Part shown: positions 1-10,019 of the stretch, one piece after another | Layout: each line of letters starts with the position of its first letter | How positions within the stretch are numbered: the stretch's first letter is position 1 | Position numbers and translations under genes: made by a program | The notes under the pieces: model-generated | What the model was told of the DNA's origin: nothing | What the model saw: only the letters and a program-made list of their open reading frames with translations | The model's database searches: none | NCBI GenBank assembly: GCA_044226015.1 | Contig: JBGAHS010000001.1 | Location: forward strand, 672,001 to 736,000 | DNA length: 64,000 nt | Reading direction: 5' to 3' | Source of the DNA: Candidatus Obscuribacteraceae bacterium | Lineage (GTDB): Bacteria; Cyanobacteriota; Vampirovibrionia; Obscuribacterales; Obscuribacteraceae

Positions 1-1413
1 TTCTCCGTAGAGTGGATCAAGCGATGATGACAGTAGCACTCCGTCGCCAGGTTTCGCCACCATTTTTAGTATCATCGATAGGAGTTGTGGTCTATCGGGT
101 CCAACAAAAAGGTGCTCAGGGTTTGCGTTGTAGTGACAGTAAAAAGATAGGAACTGTGCCAGCTTCTCTCGAAAATGCGCATCGCCCTTCTCATGGGGAT
201 AGGGTATGGTGCGACGTTGCAGTAGTTCGTTGGAAAGCCGTTCAAGAAAACCAATTTGTTCTTCGCTTAGACGAGAAAGGTCGAGCTCTCTGCGAAGACC
301 ATCAAGAGAGAGCTGGTGGAGGTTTCTTAGAAAACCTAATGTAGGTTTCTCAAACTGTGTCTCAGCCTGGTAAACGAGTAAATCATGGAAAATACTCTCG
401 CCTCGTTTCTTCAACTGAACAGCGGTTGATGCTGGAATCGATTGCCGAGACTCTTGCGAAATGAAGAAATGAAATTTGATACCGTAGGCTTCCTCAAGAT
501 TCACAAGTTGCACCAGGTCGGTGTCATCTGCTTGCTGAATTCTTCTAACCCAGGTCAGCGAAGGAGAGTAACCGCGTCTTTTGAACATTTCTTCTATGGC
601 TTGTTGCCCGGGTCTTCCACCAAGAATTAGCGTCAGCGAGCCCTGCAGGTTCAAGCAAAGTTGTGCTTCCTCAAGTGCTCGAGCGATGAGTGGCAATCCA
701 AATCTGTCTTCTAAAATACCCTGGTTAAAGCAGTAATTGCTCAAATCATATAGGTCTTGATACGACAAGTCTTGCAATGATTCAGCATTTTTTTCGGGAA
801 CCGGGTGAAGGACTTGAGGAATGCAGCCTATGATGCGGTCAAACTTCTCATCTCGCGATAGTGGCGTTTGCAAAAGATCAGATTGTTCTGCGCGAAATGC
901 TTTGACTATAGGAACCCCAGATAGCGCCATTCTAAGGGAACCATCTTCATTACTGCCATTCAGCCATTTGTTTATATTTGCCAGCGTCACTGCAACGGGG
1001 TTGATATCCAAGCCCAGCACTTCCACCACAGGGCTGCGTTGCAGCAAGAGCAGGCTTATCCAGCCGGATCCGGTGCCAAGTTCAACGATCTTTTTTCCAC
1101 GAAAGTGCTCAGTGTTTTTCAAGAGCCCTTCAGCGAAAGTACGCCCCCAGAACTCGGGAGAAAACACCGCCGGGTTCAGGATGAGTCGAATAGGCTCGGC
1201 GACACCGGGCACCTTTAAATTCTTGAAGGTCAAATGACCCGAATTCTCTCCCAGCTTGTCTAATTTTGCAGCTAGTTTATGAAGCACGCCACATGCATCA
1301 GCTGAAGTTTGTTCGTTCTCCAGCATGTTCAGTAGTTTTTCCAGAAACGCAAGTATTTCGGCTGGGCTGCTGCTGACTATCTCGTCAACTGACGGCAACA
1401 GTTTTGGTGACAT
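1..1413 (-). CDS. Plant-type methionine S-methyltransferase (SAM methyltransferase fused to a PLP-aminotransferase-like domain); 3' end lies beyond the window
   Basis: Not in the ORF track. Translated by hand from the ATG at 1413 (MSPKLLPSVDEIV...), open to base 1. Contains FSPEFWGRTFAEGL, SAM motif ELGTGSGWIS, GLDINPVAV, SDLL, IIGCIPQVLHP, LSNYCFNQGILEDRFGLPLIARALEE, GGRPGQ, IQQADDTDL and PYPHEKG, in the order I recall for plant MMT. Confidence 0.85.
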   Translation of the reverse strand, partial: MSPKLLPSVDEIVSSSPAEILAFLEKLLNMLENEQTSADACGVLHKLAAKLDKLGENSGHLTFKNLKVPGVAEPIRLILNPAVFSPEFWGRTFAEGLLKNTEHFRGKKIVELGTGSGWISLLLLQRSPVVEVLGLDINPVAVTLANINKWLNGSNEDGSLRMALSGVPIVKAFRAEQSDLLQTPLSRDEKFDRIIGCIPQVLHPVPEKNAESLQDLSYQDLYDLSNYCFNQGILEDRFGLPLIARALEEAQLCLNLQGSLTLILGGRPGQQAIEEMFKRRGYSPSLTWVRRIQQADDTDLVQLVNLEEAYGIKFHFFISQESRQSIPASTAVQLKKRGESIFHDLLVYQAETQFEKPTLGFLRNLHQLSLDGLRRELDLSRLSEEQIGFLERLSNELLQRRTIPYPHEKGDAHFREKLAQFLSFYCHYNANPEHLFVGPDRPQLLSMILKMVAKPGDGVLLSSSLDPLYGE

Positions 1414-1576
1414 GGAAGCTCTCAAAATGTAGTAATAAACGAGCAAATACTACAAGATTTCCCGGACGGGCGTGTGATTTCCGGTTCACCCTGTTTTATT
1501 GCTTGGAACAAAAGTGACTGGACATCGATCATTCTCGTTTATTTCTGTGGAATAAACGCAGCTCTCTTGGATAGAT

Positions 1577-1762
1577 TTATTGCAGAAAAGGCGCATGGAA
1601 ACAGGCTCTTGCTCGGAAAGTGCGCTGCTTGTTAATCAACTCTTTAGCTTCCATTTTCATTTTGTATTCGCTTACCTCCTTTGGTTCGGTCACTGGCGCC
1701 TTCGCTGCAGCTTTAGCAGCGGTCTTGAACTTGATGGATTGTGAGTCAACGCTTCGTTTCAT
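1577..1762 (-). CDS. Possible small basic protein (MKRSVDSQSIKFKTAAKAAAK..., 61 aa)
   Basis: Internal ATG of track ORF 1577-1867. Fills the gap between MMT and the kinase. Lys/Ala-rich, with a weak RBS. Confidence 0.35.
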   Translation of the reverse strand: MKRSVDSQSIKFKTAAKAAAKAPVTEPKEVSEYKMKMEAKELINKQRTFRARACFHAPFLQ

Positions 1763-1851
1763 ACATGCATTTTCTGAATCGTAGATTTTTGTCTCTATAG
1801 ACCAGAATTTGCGTATAATGAAACTACCTGCTGTCGTAAGCAAGTTCGGAG

Positions 1852-3804
1852 GTGCGTTTGGATTCAATAATCGGATCCACCATCGATGAAAAATTCCTGG
1901 TCCAAGCTCGTCTTGGTGTTGGTGGCTTGGGTACGGTTTTTAGAGCTGAGCAGGTTGATTTAGACCGAGCTGTTGCGCTCAAGGTTCTTCATCCTAACAT
2001 TATCGATGATAACGAGTTGACGACTCGCTTTCTGCAAGAAGCAAAAATTCTTGCGGAATTAAGCCATCCGAACATCGTTAAGGTATACAGCTTCGGCGTC
2101 ACGCAAGATTCGCTTCCCTATATGGCGATGGAGCTTCTTGACGGAAGAACGCTGGATTATTTCATTCGAAATAAGCTTTTGAGCTGGCAAGAGGTTCTTG
2201 ATGTTGCTATCCAAATATGCGATGCGGTCCATTACGCCCATCGAAATAGCATAGTTCATCGAGATATCAAGCCAGCCAATGTCATGGTCAAGAATGCAAG
2301 TGGGCAAAATTCGGTGAAGGTTTTGGATTTTGGTTTATCCAAAATCATACACAATAGCGACACACTAAACAGATTGACACAAACTGGAACTCTCATTGGC
2401 AGCGTCAACTATATGAGCCCTGAGCTTTGCGCCGGTGGCAAGGCTGATGAGCGTTCTGACATTTATTCTTTTGCGTGTTTGCTTTATGAGTGTATAGCAG
2501 GTGAACCGCCCCTGGTATCAGATAATCCGCTATCAACGGTGAACCTGCAAATCAATCAAATGCCTGTTCGCCTATCAAAGCGTAAGACCCAAGTCGAAGG
2601 CTTTCCTGAAGAGCTAGAGAAAATAATATTTAAGGCTCTTCAGAAGAAACCAGAAAAAAGATTTGCCAGTATGAAAGAGTTGTTCGATGCTTTGTGTAAC
2701 TTGAGAGATGGTCGCGCAGCTGAATTGGATTTCTCCTCGATTGAGTATAGTTCAGGCGGCTGGACAGTTGCTAAGCCTTCCGTTTCTATTTGTGTTGGAA
2801 TTATCATCGTTTCAATGTTGGGCTTCTATTTTTCTCAAGCAAATTTGGCTCCCAGAAAAACATCTAAGAAGCTACTAGCGCTTCCTGTGGATGATAGGAC
2901 ACGGCATCAGTTCAAGGCTCGTGCCCTTCTGAAGGATGCCGATACCATGATCAAAGAGAAACGCTTCAAGGCTGCACTGGCGCTGGTCAAGCGAGCTGCT
3001 GGTGAAGTTGCGCTTCGTTGCCCCGCTAGCCGTGGGCGCACCCAATCACTACAAGACCTGTATATATCCCGAGAGCTGGCAAAAGACCTTATCGCAATCG
3101 GACCCACAAGCGGCTTTCCAAACGATATGGATGAGTTGAAAATGAATAACACTCCAGAACTTTCTGGTTCGGACTATGGGGACCTTTTATCTTCGGTTGC
3201 AATAATTCAAGCTTATCTAGGGGTGATTTTACCCTCGGAGTTTAGCCTTCTTGAGGCTGTTTCTACGAATTACAGAATTGGACGAAAAGAAGAAATCAAA
3301 AAGCTGATAGAGCAAATCGCTATTCCGCAGAAGAGTTTCGAATTGGGCGCTGACACATTGGTGCTTTATTGGACCATTCAGCGTATCGTGCACTGTTATG
3401 CTCTGGCTTGTACTGATATCAGTGCCGCAAGAAAGGAAGTGGTCGAGATTGAAAAAGAATTACGAAAGAAATCTGCAGACCTGACGCCTCGCTGGCGCCG
3501 TGACTCTTATAATCCTCTGGCACAACTCTATCTGGATTTAGGCTTTGAAGAAGATTACCAGCGAATTGCATTGGAGCTCATTCCTATCGGGAAGCAATTG
3601 GAGTCTGGTTATCCCGGAAGCCTGATGATGCTTGCCGGACCGCTTGGCACTAGTTTGGATAAAAGCAATAAGAAAGCACAGAGGCTTGCTATGTTTAAGG
3701 ACTTGAGAGCCTTTTATGAAAAACTGATTCCAACGGCAAAAAATGACTACACCCTGGGTATTCTCAAAAGCTCTGAAAAGCAATGTAGAGAAAAGATGCG
3801 CTGA
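1852..3804 (+). CDS. Hanks-type Ser/Thr protein kinase with a TM helix and helical C-terminal region
   Basis: LGVGGLGTVF, VALKVL, HRDIKPAN, DFG, YMSPE, SDIYS. Hydrophobic segment VSICVGIIIVSMLGFYF. Confidence 0.95.
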   Translation: MRLDSIIGSTIDEKFLVQARLGVGGLGTVFRAEQVDLDRAVALKVLHPNIIDDNELTTRFLQEAKILAELSHPNIVKVYSFGVTQDSLPYMAMELLDGRTLDYFIRNKLLSWQEVLDVAIQICDAVHYAHRNSIVHRDIKPANVMVKNASGQNSVKVLDFGLSKIIHNSDTLNRLTQTGTLIGSVNYMSPELCAGGKADERSDIYSFACLLYECIAGEPPLVSDNPLSTVNLQINQMPVRLSKRKTQVEGFPEELEKIIFKALQKKPEKRFASMKELFDALCNLRDGRAAELDFSSIEYSSGGWTVAKPSVSICVGIIIVSMLGFYFSQANLAPRKTSKKLLALPVDDRTRHQFKARALLKDADTMIKEKRFKAALALVKRAAGEVALRCPASRGRTQSLQDLYISRELAKDLIAIGPTSGFPNDMDELKMNNTPELSGSDYGDLLSSVAIIQAYLGVILPSEFSLLEAVSTNYRIGRKEEIKKLIEQIAIPQKSFELGADTLVLYWTIQRIVHCYALACTDISAARKEVVEIEKELRKKSADLTPRWRRDSYNPLAQLYLDLGFEEDYQRIALELIPIGKQLESGYPGSLMMLAGPLGTSLDKSNKKAQRLAMFKDLRAFYEKLIPTAKNDYTLGILKSSEKQCREKMR

Positions 3805-3829
3805 GCTGAGCCTTCGGAATGTTTCTTGC

Positions 3830-5188
3830 TCAGTCAGTGCCAACTGGCATTGTGTGTTCAAGAATGAATGCTGATGCATTTTGCGTTCCATTTATGGCTC
3901 GGGCAATATGCTCGAATAAATCAACGCCGCTCTCCAGGCAATCTTCGTGAATAGAGAAATGAGATGAGTGCGCATTGTCTTTGCCGAGGTTGTCTTTGGC
4001 AATGCCCAAGCCGAAATAGGCTGAGGGAAGGCTCGCAGTGTAAAAGGAAAAATCTTCTGCGAACATGCCTTTCTCTTCCGGCAATATCTTCATTCCTTCC
4101 GCTTCTAACGCGGCGGCAAGTCTCTTGCACAAACTAGAATTATTGACGGTGACTGGTACCGAGTTCGTTATTGTTGCTTTTGCTTCGACACCATATGCGG
4201 AGGCAAGCCCACTCACAAGCTGCTGCACAAGTTCGCGATATGATTTGCCACGAAAGAGCTTTTCGTCCATGCCGAAGAAGGCACGAATGGTGCCCCCTAT
4301 AGTGATTGTTTCTGGAGCAACATTAGATTGCGAGCTCGACCAATCAGACGTGGTAATCGCGCAGACTGCCGGTGTGTAGATGGGGTCAGTGCATCTGCCT
4401 GGCAGCTTTTCCAATTCTAGAGTTATTAGCGATGCAAGAGAAGCAAGGTCATCACGTGCGGATGGAACCGCAGCGTGGCCACCGATGCCATTTATCTCGA
4501 CTTTTATGAAACTACTACCAGCAAGTATTGGACCGCCTGATAGCATGTGGTTGCCTACTGGAGAACCATTTGCACAGTGCTGAGCAAATATTGCCTGAAC
4601 TCCCAATCGTTTCAAAATGCCGTCTGCAACTATTTCGTCGGCTCCGCCCGGGCATTCTTCCGCGGGTTGAAAGAGAAGCACGATTTTTCCTTTGAACTTG
4701 CTCTTGTTTTGAATTAGCCGATGCGCTGTCTCCAAAAGAATCGCGGCATGGGCATCATGTCCGCAATTGTGCATCACTCCAGGAATTTTGCTGGCAAACT
4801 CAAGTCCGGTTTTTTCCAGGCATTTTCTTGCATCCATTTCCGAGCGCAAGCAAATAACAGGACCTTCCTCGCCCGTATCCAACACTGCCACAACGGTCGT
4901 AGGAGCTGACTCAACGCTGAGCAAATTGCTGTATCCGAACTTCGTTAACTCTGCCCTGATAAATGCTGCAGTCTTGTTTTCTTCTTTTCCCAGTTCTGGG
5001 TACTGGTGGAACTGATGATAATACGACTGAACTGGAGCATCCTTTTTTGATTCGGAAATTCTTTCTGCGCCTGCTAAAGCGGCGCCTGTGTGGGACGCCT
5101 GGCTTAGAAAGATACCCAAGATAAGCAGTCTAGGAACTAACTTTGACCATTTGGTTTCAGTCAAAATCTTCTTTGGGACTGCAATCAT
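3830..5188 (-). CDS. M20D-family amidohydrolase with a probable signal peptide
   Basis: FHQYPELG, LRSEMDA, MHNCGHDAH, FQPAEE, GGHAA, AEDFSFY, NAHS. N-terminal hydrophobic stretch. Confidence 0.9.
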   Translation of the reverse strand: MIAVPKKILTETKWSKLVPRLLILGIFLSQASHTGAALAGAERISESKKDAPVQSYYHQFHQYPELGKEENKTAAFIRAELTKFGYSNLLSVESAPTTVVAVLDTGEEGPVICLRSEMDARKCLEKTGLEFASKIPGVMHNCGHDAHAAILLETAHRLIQNKSKFKGKIVLLFQPAEECPGGADEIVADGILKRLGVQAIFAQHCANGSPVGNHMLSGGPILAGSSFIKVEINGIGGHAAVPSARDDLASLASLITLELEKLPGRCTDPIYTPAVCAITTSDWSSSQSNVAPETITIGGTIRAFFGMDEKLFRGKSYRELVQQLVSGLASAYGVEAKATITNSVPVTVNNSSLCKRLAAALEAEGMKILPEEKGMFAEDFSFYTASLPSAYFGLGIAKDNLGKDNAHSSHFSIHEDCLESGVDLFEHIARAINGTQNASAFILEHTMPVGTD

Positions 5189-5249
5189 GGGCTATTCCTT
5201 TTCTTATTTTGCAGAAATACTAGGACTAGAACCTGTAGCCTGGTTCAAG

Positions 5250-6551
5250 CTATCGTGCAGAAGCTGTTGTAGCCTGTTCTTTTCCTGGCTTGAGATAAGT
5301 CACGCCGCCCAAGTATGACACGAGGACGCCTGGTACTTTGACTGAGCCATCGGCTTGCTGATAGTTTTCCAGGATAGCTGCTAGTGTGCGACCTATAGCT
5401 AGCCCTGAGCCATTGAGTGTGTGCATGTATCTCGGCTTGCCACCATCGGCGGGGCGATAGCGCAGGTTCGCTCTTCTGGCTTGAAATTCACCAAAATTAC
5501 TGCATGAGCTGATTTCTCTGTACTTGTTTTGTGCAGGGAACCAGACTTCGAGGTCATAACACTTGCGAGCTGAAAATCCCATGTCTCCTGCACAGAGAAG
5601 CATTCTGCGATAAGGCAGTTCAAGAGCCTCAAGTATTGCTTCCGCGTCACTGGTCATTTTCTCATGCTCTTCTTCAGAGCTTTCGGGCAAGGCAAATTTC
5701 ACGAGTTCAACTTTATTGAACTGGTGCATGCGAATGTAACCGCGCGTGTCCTTTCCTGCTGCACCAGCTTCTTTTCGGAAGTTTGGCGTATAGGCAGTGT
5801 GATAAATCGGAAGCGCACTTTCTTCGAGAATCTCATCGCGATAGAGATTGGTTACCGGTACTTCTGCGGTCGGAACGAGGTAGAGTTCTTCGCCGTCAAT
5901 TTTGTAAAAGTCACCGTCAAATTTCGGCAGCTGTCCTGTTCCTACCATGCATTCTCTGTTGACCATGATTGGTGGAAACACTTCGCGATAGCCTTTGGCT
6001 CCGTGAAGGTCAAGCATGAAGTTCATGAGCGCCCGCTCCATTTTTGCACCCATGTCCATGAGCGCGACAAAGCGAGATTCTGCAAGTTTTACGCCACGTT
6101 CAAAATCGAGAATCTGCAAGTCGGCTCCGAGTTCGTAGTGGGCTTTTGGATTCTCAATCTTTGGAATTTCGCCCCAGACCTTAACTTCGACGTTGTCGTT
6201 TTCGTCTTTGCCGCAAGGTACGTCGGCTGCTGGCACATTCGGTATTGATAGAATTTGTGTATCGCGTAATTTTTCAGCCTCTTTCAAGGCTGGTTCTACT
6301 GCTTCTTGCTTTTTCTTGAGCTCTTTCACTTCAGCTCTGAGACTTTCCATCTCTTCTTTGGCAAGTTTTCCAGACTTGAATTGCTCGGAAATTTCATTTG
6401 ATCGCCGTCTAAGAGCTTCTGCTTCTGCCAGAAGTTCTCTGACTTGCTTGTCGGTGGACAGCAATTCAGAAATGCTCCAGCCACCGTTGCGGTGGTCGAG
6501 ACCCTTTTGCACTTCATCAGCATTATCGCGAACAAATTTTATGTCGAGCAT
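5250..6551 (-). CDS. serS: Serine--tRNA ligase
   Basis: MLDIKFVR start, [52 protein letters not shown]. Confidence 0.99.
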   Translation of the reverse strand: MLDIKFVRDNADEVQKGLDHRNGGWSISELLSTDKQVRELLAEAEALRRRSNEISEQFKSGKLAKEEMESLRAEVKELKKKQEAVEPALKEAEKLRDTQILSIPNVPAADVPCGKDENDNVEVKVWGEIPKIENPKAHYELGADLQILDFERGVKLAESRFVALMDMGAKMERALMNFMLDLHGAKGYREVFPPIMVNRECMVGTGQLPKFDGDFYKIDGEELYLVPTAEVPVTNLYRDEILEESALPIYHTAYTPNFRKEAGAAGKDTRGYIRMHQFNKVELVKFALPESSEEEHEKMTSDAEAILEALELPYRRMLLCAGDMGFSARKCYDLEVWFPAQNKYREISSCSNFGEFQARRANLRYRPADGGKPRYMHTLNGSGLAIGRTLAAILENYQQADGSVKVPGVLVSYLGGVTYLKPGKEQATTASAR

Positions 6552-6622
6552 TTTTTTTTCTTCTCTTTGAACTTTGACAACTGTTTTTACGTTTTAAGTA
6601 CAGAAGCCCTTCCTCTGGAGGA

Positions 6623-7066
6623 ATGACAATGTACGCGAAAAAGAGATTATACCTTAGTCAAGTGGAATGGCGAAAGGCTAGAGACCGTAACGCGAAGCGA
6701 ATTGCAACAAGGGGTGAGAATCTGGCATGCGAATATCTTGAAGACAAGTGCTACAAGATTCTGGCTAGAAACTACCGTGCTGGGCGAATTGGAGAGATTG
6801 ACATCATTGCTCGTGACAGAGATGGAGTCATAATTTTTGTCGAAGTTAAAACGCGGACCATAGAAGCTCCTGTCTCCGGTATCCCAGAATTGGGATTTGA
6901 TGCGGTTGACTATCGCAAACAGAGAAAAATCCTCAGTGCTTCACAAGAATTTTTGAAGTCATGCGACTTAAGCCATTTGCGTTGGTCCTACGATGTTGTC
7001 GTGGTAATAATTCCGCGTCATCCGCCAAGCCTCATTGAAATCGCTCACGTGGTTAATGCCTTTTAG
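6623..7066 (+). CDS. yraN: YraN-family (UPF0102) putative endonuclease
   Basis: GENLACEYL, ILARNYR, GEIDIIA, FVEVKTR, AVDYRKQRKI, terminal NAF. Confidence 0.92.
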   Translation: MTMYAKKRLYLSQVEWRKARDRNAKRIATRGENLACEYLEDKCYKILARNYRAGRIGEIDIIARDRDGVIIFVEVKTRTIEAPVSGIPELGFDAVDYRKQRKILSASQEFLKSCDLSHLRWSYDVVVVIIPRHPPSLIEIAHVVNAF

Positions 7067-7509
7067 TCTGAAGTTCAACGGACGGTGCCAACATGAGTTA
7101 TAGAGGGAGTTTGCTCTGTCCATTGCTGGAAAATTCCCGATGGGAGTAATACCGAATATGGTGCTTTGTCATGCCGCTGAAGATTAAAGCAAATTCCCGC
7201 TTTAGTTCTTGATTGTTCACAATGAGCAGATATTCAACAAGGCTCGTATCCCTGCTTTGTCTGGTCAGCGGGATCAGATTTAACTGAGTATTGGCGCATC
7301 TCTCAGCACTCAGTGTATGGGCTGAGCTCGGGGATAGAAGATGAGCCGGCGCTAGTTCTGATGCACACTAGATATACAGTGTACGTAATTCCCCCAGTGA
7401 CTCTGCTGGTGCGTTCTGATAGCCTAAAATTCGTCCGCGAAATAATGGTCTAGCGGTTTCAGAGTAAATTCAGCAGACCGAGTCACCGATTTTAATCAAG
7501 GAAGAGCCT

Positions 7510-8415
7510 GTGTTTAAGTACTTTTTCCGCAAAAAAACAGAGGAAGCTCTCAGAAAAGGTTCAGCGAAAAAGCCACAAGCTGTCGCGTCTGACGTTTGCA
7601 AGCGTGCGATCGGTATGTTTCCTGACTCGGTCAGTCGCGAACCCGACTTTAAAGACACTGTCACGCTCAGATTTCATCACTTGCTCATCAGCCTCGAAGG
7701 CGCAGAGCGCACTGGATGCCTGAAAATTTCATCTCACTTAGCCCGTTCAAGATCAGCGCTCCTTCTCTTTAGAGGACGGGTGGTCGGCGCTGTCTACGGC
7801 AGGAAATACATGCGCGGTCAGTACTTACATCAGGACGCCCACCGTTGTGCGCTCGCTGATTTGGCAACACCAGGTAACCTTCTAGATGCTTACGAACTTC
7901 CAGAAGACCTTGTGCTGGCAGCGGCTTCCCTCTTCTACGGCGAGACATTGCAATTAAACATGGGACAGCCGGTTGAAGCCATTTTCGACTCAGCGCTTGG
8001 CTCATTGATTCGGTCTGGAATGCCTGGCTGCGTCATCGTCAACAGCTATACCGAAGAAACAGTTTGTATTGTCTATGTATCAAATGGGCGAGTAGTTGGC
8101 ATGTTCAGCGCTACTGAAGGTTGGACCCGTGGCACCCCAGATGTCTTGAAACGGCAGATCGCTGGACGTCAGTGCAAAGTGCATGCAGCAATTCTCCCTC
8201 TTACAGACGCTCGCTCGGTCGGCTTTAGCCTCTCGGGCATTGGAGATTTAGCTCCGAACGCCTCATTTGATGCCACGCCATATATGGATTTCACACCTGC
8301 ACCTTCTGCGACAGTCATGACGCCGTCTCGCGAGGCTGTAGCGCAAGCGGTGAGGCAACACCGGAATACCAGAGGTCATGTTAGAGCCGCAAGAGCATAC
8401 GCTCAAGTGTCCTAA
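7510..8415 (+). CDS. Protein with two PATAN/DUF4388-like units
   Basis: LLISLEGAERTGCLKI...LLFRGRVVGA and LGSLIRSGMPGCVIV...YVSNGRVVGM both fit the L..L....+TG.L........F..G.+..A pattern. Confidence 0.55.
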   Translation: MFKYFFRKKTEEALRKGSAKKPQAVASDVCKRAIGMFPDSVSREPDFKDTVTLRFHHLLISLEGAERTGCLKISSHLARSRSALLLFRGRVVGAVYGRKYMRGQYLHQDAHRCALADLATPGNLLDAYELPEDLVLAAASLFYGETLQLNMGQPVEAIFDSALGSLIRSGMPGCVIVNSYTEETVCIVYVSNGRVVGMFSATEGWTRGTPDVLKRQIAGRQCKVHAAILPLTDARSVGFSLSGIGDLAPNASFDATPYMDFTPAPSATVMTPSREAVAQAVRQHRNTRGHVRAARAYAQVS

Positions 8416-8640
8416 CAACAGGGCTTCCACCTAATTAGTCTTAAAAAGAAAGCTGAGAGCGCATTATTGGCTCATTTCAATAGAATGCCAAATTTCAGCA
8501 GCATGAATCTGCTCGCCTGACAACTTTCGCTGCTGCTTTCTTTCATATAAGTTTTAAGCTTGCTCATGAATTTGCGCTTTAATCTCTCCGCATAGACGAT
8601 AATGAAGGCTTCTTCCTTTAATTCGTGACGGAGTCTTCGT

Positions 8641-9987
8641 ATGAGTTCGCCGGTAAATTCAGTCATTACACCGAACATGCAAATTCGTCCCCGCACTTGC
8701 ACGGTCAATGAGCAGGGGCATCTCGAAATTGGCGCCTGTGACTCAGTTCAGCTCGCCGAACAATTCGGTACGCCACTGTGGATAATTGATGAACAAACGG
8801 TGCAAGACAGCGTTCAATCATATAAGGATGGCTTGATTGAATATCCTGACTCACAGGTATTTTATGCCGGTAAAGCTTTTCTATGTCTGGCTATGTGCCA
8901 GCTACTAAAGCAAATGAATCTCGGTCTAGATGTAGTTTCGGAAGGCGAGCTATTTACGGCGTCTCAGGCTGGTTTGCCTGCCGAAAAAATTTGCATGCAT
9001 GGCAATAATAAGTCAGAGTCTGAACTGCGTGCGGGTTTGACTTACGGCGATGTCCTCATCGTAGTAGACAGTCTTCCAGAGCTTGAACTGCTTAATAAGA
9101 TTGCGTCTTCGCTGGCAAAGAAAGCTCGTGTATTGTTTCGCGTGATACCAGGGGTAGAGCCAGATACGCACCAACATATTAAAACCGGACAACACGACAG
9201 TAAGTTTGGAATTCCTCTTTCTGAGATTCCTGAGGCGATTAGAAAGGCTAGAACACTGAGTTCTATCAATCTGCTTGGACTTCATGCGCACATAGGAAGC
9301 CAGGCGCAAGAGCTGCAGCCGTTCCTCGATAACGTCGATGTATTCGCCGAACTTGCTTCGAAACTGAAGCAAGAGCTGAATTTTGAAATAAACATTCTCG
9401 ACCTGGGTGGTGGACTCGGTATCAAATATTCCGAAAAAGACTCTCCCGTGAGCAGTTTTGAGTGGGCGCAATCAATCGTCAGAAGATTGAAGACCTCATT
9501 TACAAATCGCTCTCTCAAGTTGCCTCATTTAATGATTGAGCCCGGACGTTCTATTATCGGAACTGCTGGGGTAACTCTTTATCGGGTGGGTCATTGCAAA
9601 GACAACCCGGCTGGACGCAGGTTTATCGCAGTTGACGGTGGAATGGCTGATAATCCCCGACCCATTACTTATCAGTCAATTTATACGGCATGTTTAGCAA
9701 ATAGAGCGAATGACCCTCCGAGTGTGGATCCGCAGACCATAGTGGGTAAATATTGTGAGTCAGGAGATATAATCATAAAAGAAGCCTTCCTGGCAGCAGA
9801 CTCGGGCGATTTGATAGCCATTTTCGGCACTGGTGCCTACAATTTCAGCATGGCGTCAAATTACAATCGCAGCCCGCGCCCGGCGTGTGTACTCGTGTCT
9901 CATGGCACGGCAGAACTTATTATTGAGCGGGAGAGCAACGAAGATTTAATTCGTAAGGATAGAGTTCCGAACCGTCTGTCTCGCTAA
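8641..9987 (+). CDS. lysA: Diaminopimelate decarboxylase
   Basis: FGTPLW, YAGKAF (PLP lysine), HGNNKS, HAHIGSQ, DLGGG, EPGRSI, VDGGMADNPRP, GKYCESGD, GAYNFSMASNYN. Confidence 0.97.
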   Translation: MSSPVNSVITPNMQIRPRTCTVNEQGHLEIGACDSVQLAEQFGTPLWIIDEQTVQDSVQSYKDGLIEYPDSQVFYAGKAFLCLAMCQLLKQMNLGLDVVSEGELFTASQAGLPAEKICMHGNNKSESELRAGLTYGDVLIVVDSLPELELLNKIASSLAKKARVLFRVIPGVEPDTHQHIKTGQHDSKFGIPLSEIPEAIRKARTLSSINLLGLHAHIGSQAQELQPFLDNVDVFAELASKLKQELNFEINILDLGGGLGIKYSEKDSPVSSFEWAQSIVRRLKTSFTNRSLKLPHLMIEPGRSIIGTAGVTLYRVGHCKDNPAGRRFIAVDGGMADNPRPITYQSIYTACLANRANDPPSVDPQTIVGKYCESGDIIIKEAFLAADSGDLIAIFGTGAYNFSMASNYNRSPRPACVLVSHGTAELIIERESNEDLIRKDRVPNRLSR

Positions 9988-10019
9988 AACCACAAATCGA
10001 CGCCCTTTCCGAGGAATAA

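Noticed and set aside
12..1237. Track ORFs 12-344, 72-254, 442-630 and 821-1237
   Set aside because: All overlap the minus-strand MMT frame, which has clear family motifs.
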